Positions 10,669 through 22,099 of a stretch of DNA of 64,000 nucleotides are shown piece after piece (the stretch's first letter is position 1; every line of letters starts with the position of its first letter). The position numbers and the translations under genes are program-made. This DNA comes from Diplonema japonicum (taxonomy: Eukaryota > Protista > Euglenozoa: Diplonemea): contig OZ025669.1 of NCBI GenBank assembly GCA_964019335.1, positions 434,001 to 498,000 of the forward strand, read 5' to 3'. The notes beneath the pieces are model-generated. The model was given only the letters and a program-made list of their open reading frames with translations. It made no database searches and had not been told where the DNA came from.

Positions 10669-12170
10669 TCACATCCGGGAAGAGTTTCGCCTGGCCAGCT
10701 GCGAAGGTGGAACCGGGTTATTTACTGGCGCGCTCATTCGCCTCAGCTTCGGACGGTAAGATGGCTTAGCTTTACTACGAGGTCTCTTGGTGGACATGGT
10801 ACTGGAGGAATCCCACGAAGGAGGGTTCATGTCGTAGTAGTCACTGACAAGCTGCAGAGCACGCTGCTCGGCGATACGAGCTTTCTCCGCAAGAACTCTC
10901 TTTTCATAGGCTCCCTTGATGTTGTCAATGAACTTCTCGTCCGTCTCCTCAAGCACTCGGTTCAGCTCGTGATCTATCCCATCAGAAAGACTGTAGTGGT
11001 AATTGGGGTAATCCTCAGGAGCCTTCTCAGGGGGACGCTCTATAACAGCCCTTTTGAATATATCATGTTCGTGTTTGAACCTCTCGTCCACCTCAGCGAT
11101 CTCCTCGATCTGCGACGGGTCTGGAAAATTCGTGATGGGGTTAACCCCTCTTGATACTATCTTGACATCACCGCCATCCACTTCTGTTAACGAGCCTCTC
11201 TCGGGGAGTTTTTTCATCTGTGAAAAATACGATTTTTGGACAGTTTGTTCAGTTTCCCTTGGAGGAGGAGGAGGAGGAGGAGGAGGAGGTGGTGGAGCAA
11301 CTGCTTTTCTCGCCGCCTTGTCTTCGTTGCTTTCAAACCTCGCAATGCGGTTCTGCATCAACATCCTGTCCTGCATTGCGCGTTGTTGTGTTTCTTCTGT
11401 TTTCTTCAGCCATTTCTCGAGCTCTGTTTGAATCTTCCTGTCGCGAGCCTCCCTTTCCTGCTCCTTCTGGTCCTCCGCTTCTTGTCGGAGGCGGACAAGC
11501 TCTTTTTGTTTTGCTTCAAAATTCATCGCGTCCCAGTTTGAGATCTGTGGTTGCGGTGCAGACTTGTTGGTAAGGAGCTCGTGTGCCCGTCGGTTCATCT
11601 CCGTTCGTTGGTGTTCGACAAGAAGTTTTTCCCGTTTCAATTTGTTTCGCTCCTTTGCCAGCTTTTCCGCGTCCAGTTGCTGCTGTTTGGAAAGCCTCAC
11701 GTGGTCTTTATCATGCTGCTGCGCCTCCAGCTTTCTCTTCGCATCTGTCAGAACCTGCCTGTCGCACTCCAACCTGTGTTCCTTCTCTCTCAGCTCTTTT
11801 GTTGTCGTCTCGTATTTTTTTAGTTGCGCCAGCAGTTTCTTTTCCCGCTCGCTGCGGCGTTGCTTGTCAGATTTCTTGGCCGCTTTCTGCACCAGTCCGA
11901 TCATGTTCCGCATCTCTAGATTCACCTTGACGTCCGCCTTGCTCGGAAACTTGCACTTCACCCGACATTTCGGGCAATCAAACTCCAGCAGCCCCGTGTC
12001 GGGGTGGTTGAACATTGCAGCTAGTTCAAAGACATGGGTCTGCGAAAATAAATTTCCCCCTTCCCTTTCTTTCTTTCTTTCCATACCTGGCAAATTGTAT
12101 GCCCACAATAAAGCGAAACAGGGTCTTGGTATGACTCCAAGCAGATTGGGCAAGACATCTCCGTCAGCAT
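10669..12170 (-). CDS. RING-finger (C3HC4-type) coiled-coil protein
   Basis: CPICLE..SLYCGHTICQ is joined through intron 12040-12086 (47 nt) to THVF...FDCPKCR, completing the RING. Coiled coil and poly-Pro follow. A further upstream exon (ATG 12280) is possible; see findings. Confidence 0.82.
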
Positions 12171-12318
12171 CTGCTCAAAGTCATCGTACACTGTTGAGAA
12201 GAGATTACAGTTTTTTTTTTTTTTTTCTTTTTTTTTTTTTTCTTTCTTCATCCCTACCCCTCTTCCGGAAGCTTCCTCATGGTGGAAATAAAATCTCGCA
12301 TTTAGAGTGTTCGAGCTG

Positions 12319-12810
12319 TCAAGGGGACCATCCAAAAGAGGATGGTACCGGCAACATTACCCTTGGTTGCCACAGCCGTCTCACCATGCTTGTGCTGTGG
12401 GGGGCACCCGAAGGAGCCCCCCTCTTGCATGTGTAGCGGCCTGGTGCGGTTTCACAGTCCTTGAAACCAACCAGGTTAACGGCACGTGCTGAATATCCAT
12501 TCATCCCTCCCTTTGTCTTTTGTTCTTTTGATAGAATACCTGGCGAAGCAACAGATCCCTCACCTGACCCGATGCTTGGGCTGAGGAGGTTAGACGACCC
12601 CGAGAGGACGCTCGGTACCGATACAGAAAGCAGAGAATTATCATTTTTACCAGGCTCCTTGAAACTAACTTCCTCTACCACTGTGGAAATCGTGACTCGT
12701 TTCTTCGGCGACGATGAGGAAGTTGCGGGCAGTTGTTCGGGGGGTGTGCTGCTACCTTCAGCAACATTGTTCTCTCCAACGACGATGGTGGGCTCTAAGA
12801 GGAACCCCAT
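12319..12810 (-). CDS. Hypothetical Ser/Pro-rich protein
   Basis: 163-aa ATG ORF, homopolymer-free, same strand as neighbours. Confidence 0.5.
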   Translation of the reverse strand: MGFLLEPTIVVGENNVAEGSSTPPEQLPATSSSSPKKRVTISTVVEEVSFKEPGKNDNSLLSVSVPSVLSGSSNLLSPSIGSGEGSVASPGILSKEQKTKGGMNGYSARAVNLVGFKDCETAPGRYTCKRGAPSGAPHSTSMVRRLWQPRVMLPVPSSFGWSP

Positions 12811-12915
12811 CCCCCCCTCCCCTCCCCCCCTCCCTCCCCCCTTTCATTCGTTTTATCTAAAAAAAAGCAAAAAAAAAAACACAATTTTATTTTCATTTTT
12901 TTTTTTTTTTTTTTT

Positions 12916-14373
12916 TCAGACATCAATGAATTGTTTGTTGTCCGTCGGAAGACACGTTCCCAGCAAAGGGTTCAGATCGATGTCGTCGACCACGAAGAGG
13001 AGGTGGGGAAGCAGGAGGTATTCATTAGTCGACATTTCGGACAGGCGTGACTCAACACGCTTGAAAGCAAAGACATCTTCCTCCCCAGTGAACCTCCACA
13101 TGAGCTGTTCAGAATCGTCCTCCCGCCATGCCGTCGACCGGGCATCGTCCTCACTGGTGGCACGGTAGTCAGCTTCACGAGAAGAGGCATCTTCAAGAGT
13201 TTTATAACTGAAAAGTTTTTCAATCGGAGCAGCAGCACAGCAGATAAGGTTCACTTTGAACTGGTACAGTTCGTCAACAAGGGTGATGAACCGCCTGGCT
13301 TGGTTCCGACGGAGAACGCTCAAAGAAGGAATGGAAACGAGAAACACGGTGTGGTACTGGCTGGCGATGAGGTTGTAGTCCGATGGGGAATACGGGTGCG
13401 TGTCACCACAGAGGTCCTCAAATGTGAACAATGCAGCGCCCCCTGCACCGTACGGTACGGTGATCGTCCTGCCAAGATTTTGAATTTTATAGTTTCGAAG
13501 TGTGTCCGCAAGAGTAACTGTTTGAAACAACTCTAGCATTTTCTTGGTGTTTTCGTCGGTGTTTGGATGCAGGTATACATTTGGCGTGTGCGTACCTGTT
13601 GTTTTCCTGTAGTCGAAACCTGATTTCAAATGATGCGAATTTAACTTATCGTTGAGCAACTGTGTGAAGGTGGTGTATTGCCTGCCCAATGAATCGAAGA
13701 AATCGGGTGCTTTGTTGGAGGTGCAGACGATCAGAACGCCCTTTTCGAAGAACAGTTTGAAGAGTTTTGCAAGCAGCGCGGCGTCGGCGGCGTCGAGACA
13801 TTGAAATTCATCGAAGCAGACCACGTCGTACTGGAGGGAGATGGAGCTGACGTAGATGTCCATGATTTCGCCTTCGAGCTCTTTTGCGAGGACTTTTTCG
13901 GTTATTTTGTGGACTTCTCTGTAGGTTTGAACCATGAACGCGTGGAGGTGTATACGAAGTTTTTTCCGTGTTGGGAGGCAGAAGAAAAACAGGTCCATCA
14001 GCATTGTCTTCCCGCACCCCACGTCCCCCCACACGTACAGGCCCCGGACGTCGTCCGGGTCGACAAGTTCTGCAACGGTCTCGTTCGCCACCCCGAACGT
14101 CTCTGAGAGTTTTGTTTTTAACAGGTTGAAGCTTCCGATCATCTGCGCGGCTTCTCGGGGTCGTTCCGCGTACCTCTTCTGCAACCCCTTGTGCATTGAG
14201 TCCAAGCTTTCCAACAGCCTTCTTTGTCGGGTGTCGTTCAGTATCTCTCCCTTGTCTATCATTCCATCGTAAACCTCACTGGGTACCTTGCCTACCAAAC
14301 GGTCGCTTTCACCGCCTGCGTAGCTCCGGGTGCGCACTGCGATGTGTCTCAGCTGCCGTGAGAGAGACTTCAT
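12916..14373 (-). CDS. AFG1: AFG1/ZapE-family ATPase, probably mitochondrial
   Basis: GLYVWGDVGCGKTMLMDLF (Walker A), VCFDEFQ (Walker B), CTSN, ARRFITLVDELY, FAFKRVESRLSEM. Basic N-terminus resembles a presequence. Confidence 0.93.
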   Translation of the reverse strand: MKSLSRQLRHIAVRTRSYAGGESDRLVGKVPSEVYDGMIDKGEILNDTRQRRLLESLDSMHKGLQKRYAERPREAAQMIGSFNLLKTKLSETFGVANETVAELVDPDDVRGLYVWGDVGCGKTMLMDLFFFCLPTRKKLRIHLHAFMVQTYREVHKITEKVLAKELEGEIMDIYVSSISLQYDVVCFDEFQCLDAADAALLAKLFKLFFEKGVLIVCTSNKAPDFFDSLGRQYTTFTQLLNDKLNSHHLKSGFDYRKTTGTHTPNVYLHPNTDENTKKMLELFQTVTLADTLRNYKIQNLGRTITVPYGAGGAALFTFEDLCGDTHPYSPSDYNLIASQYHTVFLVSIPSLSVLRRNQARRFITLVDELYQFKVNLICCAAAPIEKLFSYKTLEDASSREADYRATSEDDARSTAWREDDSEQLMWRFTGEEDVFAFKRVESRLSEMSTNEYLLLPHLLFVVDDIDLNPLLGTCLPTDNKQFIDV

Positions 14374-14456
14374 TTCTTTTTTTTTTTTTTTTTCTCTTTT
14401 TTTTCTTCTTTTTTTTTTTTTTAATTTCTTATCTCAATTTTCGCCAGGAGATAACA

Positions 14457-14490
<34 letters not shown>

Positions 14491-14516
14491 AGGAAAGAAA
14501 AAGTAATACAACAATG

Positions 14517-14547
<31 letters not shown>

Positions 14548-14560
14548 AATAATACACCCA

Positions 14561-16843
14561 TTACTTTTTGACTGGCGTCGATCTGACCGAAAACCTCGGC
14601 TTCCCCATTGCAGGCGGTGTCTGGCTTTTCTGCAGGATCTCGTTGATGCGCTGGGTCTCTGCCAGGGCGGTGTCACGTTCCTTGCGCGCTTCGGCTATTT
14701 GCGTCACGAGGAGGTCTTCCTGGGAGACGGCTTTCTTCGTGGGGATGGCAGGGGTGAATGTCCCGTGGTGGAGCTGCTGGGCCTCTTTGATTTGGTTTTT
14801 AATTCTTTTGTTGGCGTCCTTACAGGCATCAAGCTCGGCACGAAGGCGGTCACGTTCACGTGTGGCTGCCTGGTAGCCTTCTGTGGCCCGCACGACCTTC
14901 TCCTCTGCCCTCGACGCGCCCATCACGCTCCAGTCGCGCTTAGCGGTTTCCGTGAATACGGAGCCTGCTTCCTCGGCAAGTTTGATTTGCTCCGATTTCG
15001 CTGTTTCAAAAAATTTGTGTAACTCACCTACCGCTTGTTTACACTCGACTGCCAATCCCTTCACTCGAGTTTTCCATACTTTCACCTCTTGTTTTTTTGA
15101 AGCTGCCTCAGAGGGGTCCAAAAACAGCAGCTGGAAAAAGTCAATCCAGACAGAGTGCTCGCTGTTCACGACGCGCAGCCATGACTTCTCCGTCCCTTCT
15201 CCGAAGCCGAAGTGCGTCCAGTCGTGTTCCTGAAAGGGAAGCTCCTTCTCGGTGGGGTGTTCCAGGAACACAGTCTCGCGTGTGATCTCTATTTTTTTTC
15301 TCGGCTCCACGTTTGTTTCATTGAGCCACCACGTTACAGTCCTGCCCGCTGCCTTGACGTAGCGGTTCACCCAGCTGTTGTCTTCAAGAGTTGACAGCCA
15401 GCCTTCCTTCACAAACTGTTGTCGGTACCCTGTGTCTGCTTTCCAAAGCTTTGAACCTTTGCAGAAAGCCGCGCAGCTCTCGCAGAAAATCTTTTCAGGG
15501 GGGCCTCCGACCTCCACCTCAAATCCAGGTTTCACGTCGTCCTCTGCCTTGAACCCTTCCTCTTTGCACCTGTTCGCGTCTATCCATATCTCCTTCTGCT
15601 TTGCGGTCGACTCGTCGTCGTCCTCTTCTTCGTCGTTCTCCGTGCTTGACAGCTTATCCATTATCAATCCCTCTCGGAATTCCCATCGTTTCTGAACGTT
15701 CTTTACTCGCTCGGGACAAGGCATGCCCCACAAGTTCTTTAAAACCGGATTCTTTATGTTTTGGATGATCCGAGGTTGTTGCTGCTGCTGCTGCTGCTGC
15801 TGTTGTTGTTGTTGCTGCTGTTCAGGCTGTGCTTGACCACCCGTAACCACGGGTGCGTCCCACGGCATGACAGGGATTTTCTCGTTGCTCAGCGATATTT
15901 GCGTGCTACGGGGAACAGGCGGGCGGTGTTGTTCCGGGTAGTTAGGAAGCCTCCACGGAGGGAAGACCTTAGGGTCCGCCGACAGATACACAACGTCTGC
16001 CTCAATAGGCTTCTCATACGGCCCGAGCAGCGCGTTGATGAAGGTTTCGGGAGGGTGCTTCAAATACTCGACGATGTTACCCAACTTGCGAGGGTCGCGA
16101 TAACCGAGGTATTCAACTAAAGCGGCTCTTATCGAACCCCCAGACGGGTACTGCGGGGAGTAGCTTGACACGGTGAGGTAAAGATCGGGCTCGTACTGCA
16201 TGACAAGCTTCATTTTGAGAAACTCCCGTTGCATTGGTGTCTGGTGCTCTTCCAGCATCCGCGGTACATCGCCAAGGCTGCCGCCGTGCTTAGTGACGTA
16301 TGAGCGGATCCAAGCTTCATCGGGCTTTGGGTCCCCTAAACAAAAGGCTTTTGCAGTGTCAAAAGCGACCTGTTCGTTCCCCCAGTAGCCGTCGATGTCT
16401 ATGTTCAGTCTATCGAGCTGGGCAGCGTAGGCTTCCTCGTCATAAGCTATTTGGTAAAGTCTTATGATTTCTCTTCTGTTGGTGAAGTGTCTGCTCATAT
16501 CGGGGCTTTTTCGGATGTATTCATCCCACATTTTGTCGAAGACCCCGGTGCACCGCCCTGGAACAAGGTTCGTCTCGTTCGCCTTGTACCATTTCCATAT
16601 CTCCTCTCCTACTGCCTTTGCGGATGGAGGTGTGTTGTTTTTTTTGCGGTAGAAGTACATCAGTGCATCGAACATGATGGGCCATCCTGCCACTGGTGCG
16701 TGTGCCTTGTCCATCTCTACCCACATTTTGGGATATTCATTTTTGAAGTTCTCGAGGACCCTTGGAATACCTTGCAGCTTCTGCGGATCTCTAAATGTGT
16801 AAAACGCTACCAGTTTCGCCTCGATTTCTTCGTGAGTTGCCAT
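14561..16843 (-). CDS. PH-domain protein with poly-Gln tract and C-terminal coiled coil
   Basis: Long intronless ORF. VKEGWLSTLEDNSWVNRYV...WIDFF is PH-like. CAG/CAA tract at about 15780-15820. First ATG at 16843. Confidence 0.72.
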   Translation of the reverse strand: MATHEEIEAKLVAFYTFRDPQKLQGIPRVLENFKNEYPKMWVEMDKAHAPVAGWPIMFDALMYFYRKKNNTPPSAKAVGEEIWKWYKANETNLVPGRCTGVFDKMWDEYIRKSPDMSRHFTNRREIIRLYQIAYDEEAYAAQLDRLNIDIDGYWGNEQVAFDTAKAFCLGDPKPDEAWIRSYVTKHGGSLGDVPRMLEEHQTPMQREFLKMKLVMQYEPDLYLTVSSYSPQYPSGGSIRAALVEYLGYRDPRKLGNIVEYLKHPPETFINALLGPYEKPIEADVVYLSADPKVFPPWRLPNYPEQHRPPVPRSTQISLSNEKIPVMPWDAPVVTGGQAQPEQQQQQQQQQQQQQQQPRIIQNIKNPVLKNLWGMPCPERVKNVQKRWEFREGLIMDKLSSTENDEEEDDDESTAKQKEIWIDANRCKEEGFKAEDDVKPGFEVEVGGPPEKIFCESCAAFCKGSKLWKADTGYRQQFVKEGWLSTLEDNSWVNRYVKAAGRTVTWWLNETNVEPRKKIEITRETVFLEHPTEKELPFQEHDWTHFGFGEGTEKSWLRVVNSEHSVWIDFFQLLFLDPSEAASKKQEVKVWKTRVKGLAVECKQAVGELHKFFETAKSEQIKLAEEAGSVFTETAKRDWSVMGASRAEEKVVRATEGYQAATRERDRLRAELDACKDANKRIKNQIKEAQQLHHGTFTPAIPTKKAVSQEDLLVTQIAEARKERDTALAETQRINEILQKSQTPPAMGKPRFSVRSTPVKK

Positions 16844-17277
16844 CCTCCCCCCCTCCCTCACACACCTCTCTCCTGTCAAAAGTTATTCCAAAGACTAATT
16901 AAGTTTTTATCGAAAATATTAATACAGTAGGACGGGGGTGGGGGGAGGGTTTTTTTTGTTCTTTTTTTTCTTTTTTTTTCCCTTCGGATTTTTAATTTGA
17001 AAAGTCACTATTTTTCCTCAAAAAAAATTTTTTTTTCTAACACAAAAAGAAAAAAAGAAGGAAAAAAAATCATTCTTTATGAATCAAGAAAAAAAAAAGG
17101 GGGGTCCAACGTCGATTTTCAAAATTCCAATTCCGGCCCATCTCCGTGCCTACGAAAGGAAAAGTACGACTTCACATTAGAAATCCGGGTAGCGTAACAA
17201 CTTTTTTTTTTTTAAGAAAAATTTTTGACACGGGAAGGAGAGGAAAACAATCTAAAAGATAAGAAAAAGGGGGATCT

Positions 17278-19035
17278 CTAAGGGTGTTGGGGGTGTTGCG
17301 ACCACCTCCCGCCAAGCTCGCGCATGGCGAGTCTAATGGAGGTGAGCATCTCTTCGCTGTGAGGGAGGGACCGGTGGGCAAGGTTTCGTTCGATGTCAGA
17401 GAGGTGGGTGATGGCTTTGCGGTTGTTGACATCTGCTTGCGTGAGGATGTTGGCAGCTTTGTCTTCGGCAAGTGCGTGGGAGTCCTGAAGGGTCTTGAAG
17501 TCGGTGGTGGCCTGCCGAAGCTGCGCTCGGTATCTATCGTTCTTCATGCAGACATCATCGTAGGCAGACCGTAACTTTTCGAACGCTTGCCTGGCGTCCT
17601 CTCCTCGGATGGAGTCCTGTGAGACTAAGTGGTTTGTTCGCCCCTTCAACATGTCATTCTCTTCCTTTAACCGAGCCAGTTCTTTCCTGTTCTCTGCAAG
17701 GTCTTCTTCCATGTACTCATACTCCTTCTTCAGCCCTGCCACGCCTGTCATTTCGTCCTTCCACACCAACTCCCTCTTCTCACATTGTTCCAGCTTCATT
17801 TTTAAATCCACGATCTCACGGGTTTTCTGGTCCCTTATCTGTCGGGCGTCTTCTATGTTCTTAACGAGGTCGTTGCACTGCCTTGCATGGATGAAGTCCG
17901 ACCTGCTCAGTTCCTCTTCGTGCTTTTTCTCCGTCTCCCGCTGCTTCAGATCCATCTCCTCGGCCATTGCTTTGTACTTTCTCACCTCGTTCCCTAGGAA
18001 TGTGTTGTCCAGAGTGGTCTGCTCCAAGATCGCCAACCGTTCGTGCGCCTTGCGGTTGGCCTCCTCTACGGTGTCGTTCTTCTTCTGTAGCAAGTCATGC
18101 TGCAAGCGGAGGTTCACAAGCTCTGTGTGGGTGCCCTCAAGGTTTGTTTTTAGTTTAAGGTTCTCCCTTCGCAGCGCCTCCAGCTCGACAGACAGCTCGA
18201 TCTTCCCCTTCGTGTCCGCTTGCAAGCCATGCAGCTCAATCTGCAATGTCTCCTTCTCCCTCTCTAGCTGTGATACTCTTGATTCAAGGAACGCGGCTCG
18301 GGACCCTTTTCTGTTCCCGTCTTCTTGTTCTGTGATGCACTTCCGTGTGCTTCGTGTCAGCTCGGATTCCAGTTTCCTGTTCTGTGTCTGCAGGTCGTTG
18401 TGCTCGGAGCGCAGCCGTTCGAGCTGCTCGTCAGAGGCCTCGACCTTCTCAGTGAGGCGGTGCACCTCGTCGGACAGCGACACAACCTCACCTTCTGCAG
18501 AGGTGTCCTTCACGATGACGGGGGCTGTCTGCATTTCGCTGATGACCTTCTTCAGAGCGGCGATCTCCTTATTGGCAGTATGCAGGACAGAAAGAGGAAT
18601 CTGCGGTGCAGATACAGGCGCAGGTGTAGGAGCAGGTGGTAACGGTAGAGACAGAGGTGGAGGTAGCGGTGCGTCAGGCAGAATAAGCTTCCTGGGGGGC
18701 GACACATCTCGTGGCTTACCGTAACTTAGTGTTGGGGACGCTGGGATATGCGGAAGGATCTCCGGGACAGTGGGGCCCATTACGCCTAGCCTGTCAATGG
18801 ATGCCAGTGACTGCACGCCTTCAGGAGAGCCGAGGTCCACACACACGACAGACACAGGCTCGGGAATCACAGAAGGGGGCATGATATTGACCCCCCTCAG
18901 CATCGTATCCCGTTCTTTCTCCCTTGTGCTGTACTGTGATAGTTGTGATGCCCCTGATCCTGATCTTTTGGCTCTTCTGACACTTGGGGCACGGGGCTTC
19001 CTTCGGGGGGACACAGTGTGCCGCTCGTATAACAT
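17278..19035 (-). CDS. Long coiled-coil protein
   Basis: 585-aa ORF with a Pro-rich N-terminus and an E/K/L heptad-rich body. Confidence 0.8.
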   Translation of the reverse strand: MLYERHTVSPRRKPRAPSVRRAKRSGSGASQLSQYSTREKERDTMLRGVNIMPPSVIPEPVSVVCVDLGSPEGVQSLASIDRLGVMGPTVPEILPHIPASPTLSYGKPRDVSPPRKLILPDAPLPPPLSLPLPPAPTPAPVSAPQIPLSVLHTANKEIAALKKVISEMQTAPVIVKDTSAEGEVVSLSDEVHRLTEKVEASDEQLERLRSEHNDLQTQNRKLESELTRSTRKCITEQEDGNRKGSRAAFLESRVSQLEREKETLQIELHGLQADTKGKIELSVELEALRRENLKLKTNLEGTHTELVNLRLQHDLLQKKNDTVEEANRKAHERLAILEQTTLDNTFLGNEVRKYKAMAEEMDLKQRETEKKHEEELSRSDFIHARQCNDLVKNIEDARQIRDQKTREIVDLKMKLEQCEKRELVWKDEMTGVAGLKKEYEYMEEDLAENRKELARLKEENDMLKGRTNHLVSQDSIRGEDARQAFEKLRSAYDDVCMKNDRYRAQLRQATTDFKTLQDSHALAEDKAANILTQADVNNRKAITHLSDIERNLAHRSLPHSEEMLTSIRLAMRELGGRWSQHPQHP

Positions 19036-19184
19036 TGCGTATATTTTGTTCGCCCCCCCTCCCCCCCATCCTGTGGTTTCTTATTTCCTGTTGAAGAAGC
19101 AGGCGCTTGGCACTACGGGACAACTACCGGACGCCACCACATCGAGGAGGGTGCACACGAATCGCGGTAGGTTCTTTTATAAAT

Positions 19185-19219
<35 letters not shown>

Positions 19220-20473
19220 AATAGACGTGATTTTGCTGTGAAAAATAAAGAGCAATAGAAAAAAAAAGAAAGAGAAAAAAAAACATAAGGAAAGATAAAA
19301 AACACTGAATAAAGGGGGGGGGGGGGTATCCAATTCCATGACAGCCCTTTCCGTTTCTTTTCTTTTTTTTGATTGCGCTCTTTTTTTTTGTCGTAAAAAA
19401 AGTACTAATAATTAGAAGGGAGGGGAAGGAAGGGGTGGGGGTGGGGGTGGGGTGTTTCCTTCTCTCTTTCTTTTATGTGTTTTTTTTTTCTTCTTCTTTT
19501 TTTAAGTTCCCCTAGACTCCTTTCTCCCCTCTCTCTTCCTTTTTAAGTTTTATTTCTTTTTTTTTTTATCGGAAAGAGAGAGGAACGAAAAAAAAAAAAA
19601 AAAAAGCACCACGAGTAAACAAGGGCATGGCATGCCCACATCGTGAGCTCCACGGAGAAAGAAATAAAAAAAAAAGAAGGGTTAGAAACTACTCTTTTTT
19701 TGTTGTGACTTTTTTTTCTTCTTTTTTTTTTCGCGTCACTGGGAGGTTGTCCAGGGAGTACCTGTAACCGGTCCTGAGATGTAGAATCGAGAGAAAAAAA
19801 ATCACTATGATGAGAGGGAAGAAGTGTTAACCAACAACCCCATAAACATATGATAGACACCTATTAGATTTTGTTTTTAACGTGGTCACATTAGAAAAAA
19901 GTGTTTTTTTTAAACCAAATGGACCGGGGGTGGGTTTTTTCTTCTTTTCTTTTTCGCACCCCCCCCCCTTGTCACCAAAAATGCGGGGATTTAACCATTG
20001 GGACCTTAGAAATAGAAATTTTTTGTTTTACAGTGGGGGGGAAGCCTTAGAGTTTGTGTACAGTCCTATGAGACAAAGGGGAAAAAAAAAGGACAAAATA
20101 CCCCCATCCCCCCCGTGATGGTTAAATCCGTTAACAAAAAAAAATAGCCCTCTTTTTCTTTTGTATCGTTCCTTAAGGACCCTGAGTGAGCGGATGGGGG
20201 GGGGGGGGGGGGGAAGATCGCATATTCGGGGTGGTGTCAAATTTTAATTTGCAAGAAAAACTTACTCGAAGGGGGGGGGGGGGTTTCTTTTAGTCTTCTG
20301 TCAGGGTATTCACTCCATCGTGGCTTTCGTGGAGGAAGCAGCAAAAAAAAGAAGAGAAAAAAAAAATGAACGGGTTTTTGGAGTGCGGGGAAGAGAAAGT
20401 TAGAAATTACTAAATACAGCTAAAAGAAGAAGAAGAAGATGAAGTAAAGGAAAAAAAAAGTCGGTTATTACAC

Positions 20474-20504
<31 letters not shown>

Positions 20505-20722
20505 CCCTTTCTCTCTATTTGTATTTCTTTTTTGTCCGTCTGAATGGAAATGAGAAGTGCTGCCATGAACACCTCAGTACCAGGCCTTTGTCTGAATTTT
20601 GTGTTACTGGGGGGACGGGTATTACCCCAATTTCTTTTTTTTTTTTTTTTTTTTTTTTTTTTGCCCAGAAAAAGGCTTATGCCCAAGGGGGAAAGTAGTT
20701 GGGGATCACTTGTGGAGGAGGG

Positions 20723-20762
<40 letters not shown>

Positions 20763-21194
20763 AGCGTAGGCGGGGCGCCATTCTAAATCCTTCCGGATGA
20801 CGTATCTTGCACAGAATGGTAGTTCTTGAGGTGTTACTTCGACGGGGCACTTTTCGTTTGCGTACACACGAAAAAAAAAAAAAAATAAATAAATAAATAA
20901 AAGGAATCTTCCCCGTAAATATAATGAGGAACGTTACATTGCCATCACACGTTAAGTCACACATTAGCTTTTTTTTTTCCCCTCCCCCCTTTTTTTTTTT
21001 CTTTCTTTATTTCTTTCACTCTTCTCAATTTTACTTCCATGCCATTAAATCCCAATTTCAGCAGCAACACCAACCCAAGGATGTAGTCCTGGGTTCGATT
21101 ACTTTTTTTTTTTTTTTTAAAATTCGATTTTTGCGTATTTTCAGCTCAGGAATGTAGTAAGTAAAATTGAAAGAGAGTTACAGTATTATCTGTA

Positions 21195-21925
21195 TTCACT
21201 CCACTTTTCTGCCACTCTCTTGGGGGAATAACGGTAACCTACAACTTTTTTTTCCACTCAAATGGTTTTTCGTAAAAATTTTCCACTCTCCACGGTAACC
21301 TATTTTTATTTCCACTAAACCATGTAAGTAAGAACTTTTTTCCAACGTCCACGGTAGAGGCGTGTGTGCACTTGGGAAAAGCGTGTAGGCACAGCCAGGG
21401 CTCGAAAAAGACACCAAGAATTTCTCCTGGAAGTTGGCAAGGGCGATTTCCAAAGACGATTTAAAGCCGAGGAATCTGGCGTCTGATGTACTTCTCCACC
21501 CCTCGCCCCCCTGCCTGTGAAGGATATGCCAAGATGACCTCAAGCCCCCTGTTGTCACGAAGTCACAAATAGGAGGCCAGCAAAGAGGAAGCAAAGTGAG
21601 AGAGAAGGGAAAAATAAATGCAGCAACTTGTAAGAACCTTTATTACTCGACTGCTGCGCCACAACCACAATCACTCCTCGAAGTGCTGTCCTGGTTGTAG
21701 TCCCAGCCTTCAGGGTAGTCCCTATTTCTCTTAAAAGGTCTCTTTTCCTGTTCTTTTGCTATGACATCATGTTTTGCCCCCCTCGCTACATTTCGTACTA
21801 AACCCAATGAGGCGTAAAAATGTCGGAGGTTACTGTGGACGGTGGAAAAAGTTAGTGGTTGCATAAGGGAGATTGTTGGTGGTTACAGTAAAAAGTGGGG
21901 AAAAAGTTATTTGGTTACCGTGTAC
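21195..21925. mobile_element. Non-autonomous DNA-transposon-like element with long imperfect, internally repetitive TIRs
   Basis: Left AACTTTTTTCCAACGTCCACGGTA (about 21333-21356) matches inverted TACTGTGGACGGTGGAAAAAGTT (21831-21853). ACGGTAACC occurs twice on the left and GGTTAC three times on the right. Confidence 0.6.
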
Positions 21926-22099
21926 GTTGTTGTTCCCAAAAAAAAAAAAAAAAAAAAAAAAAAGAAATCACTGGAGTTGACAGAAAGGTTATTTCGGTGA
22001 AATAAATAACTTCTTTTTTTTTTCTTTTTTTTTTGTCCCCTTTCATGTTGCCCCTCCCCTCGTAAAATTAATTTACAAGAAAGAAAAAAAAAAAAAAAA

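Noticed and set aside
17609-18724. 371-aa plus-strand ORF, and similar ones at 8185-9045, 11564-12436 and 51385-52119
   Set aside because: Antisense shadows of minus-strand genes, with Ser/Phe/Cys-rich or random composition and no domain motifs.
21070-21102. tRNA-like GTCCTGGGTTCGATT (B-box/T-arm)
   Set aside because: No acceptor stem, D-arm or completed T-stem, so no cloverleaf can be drawn.
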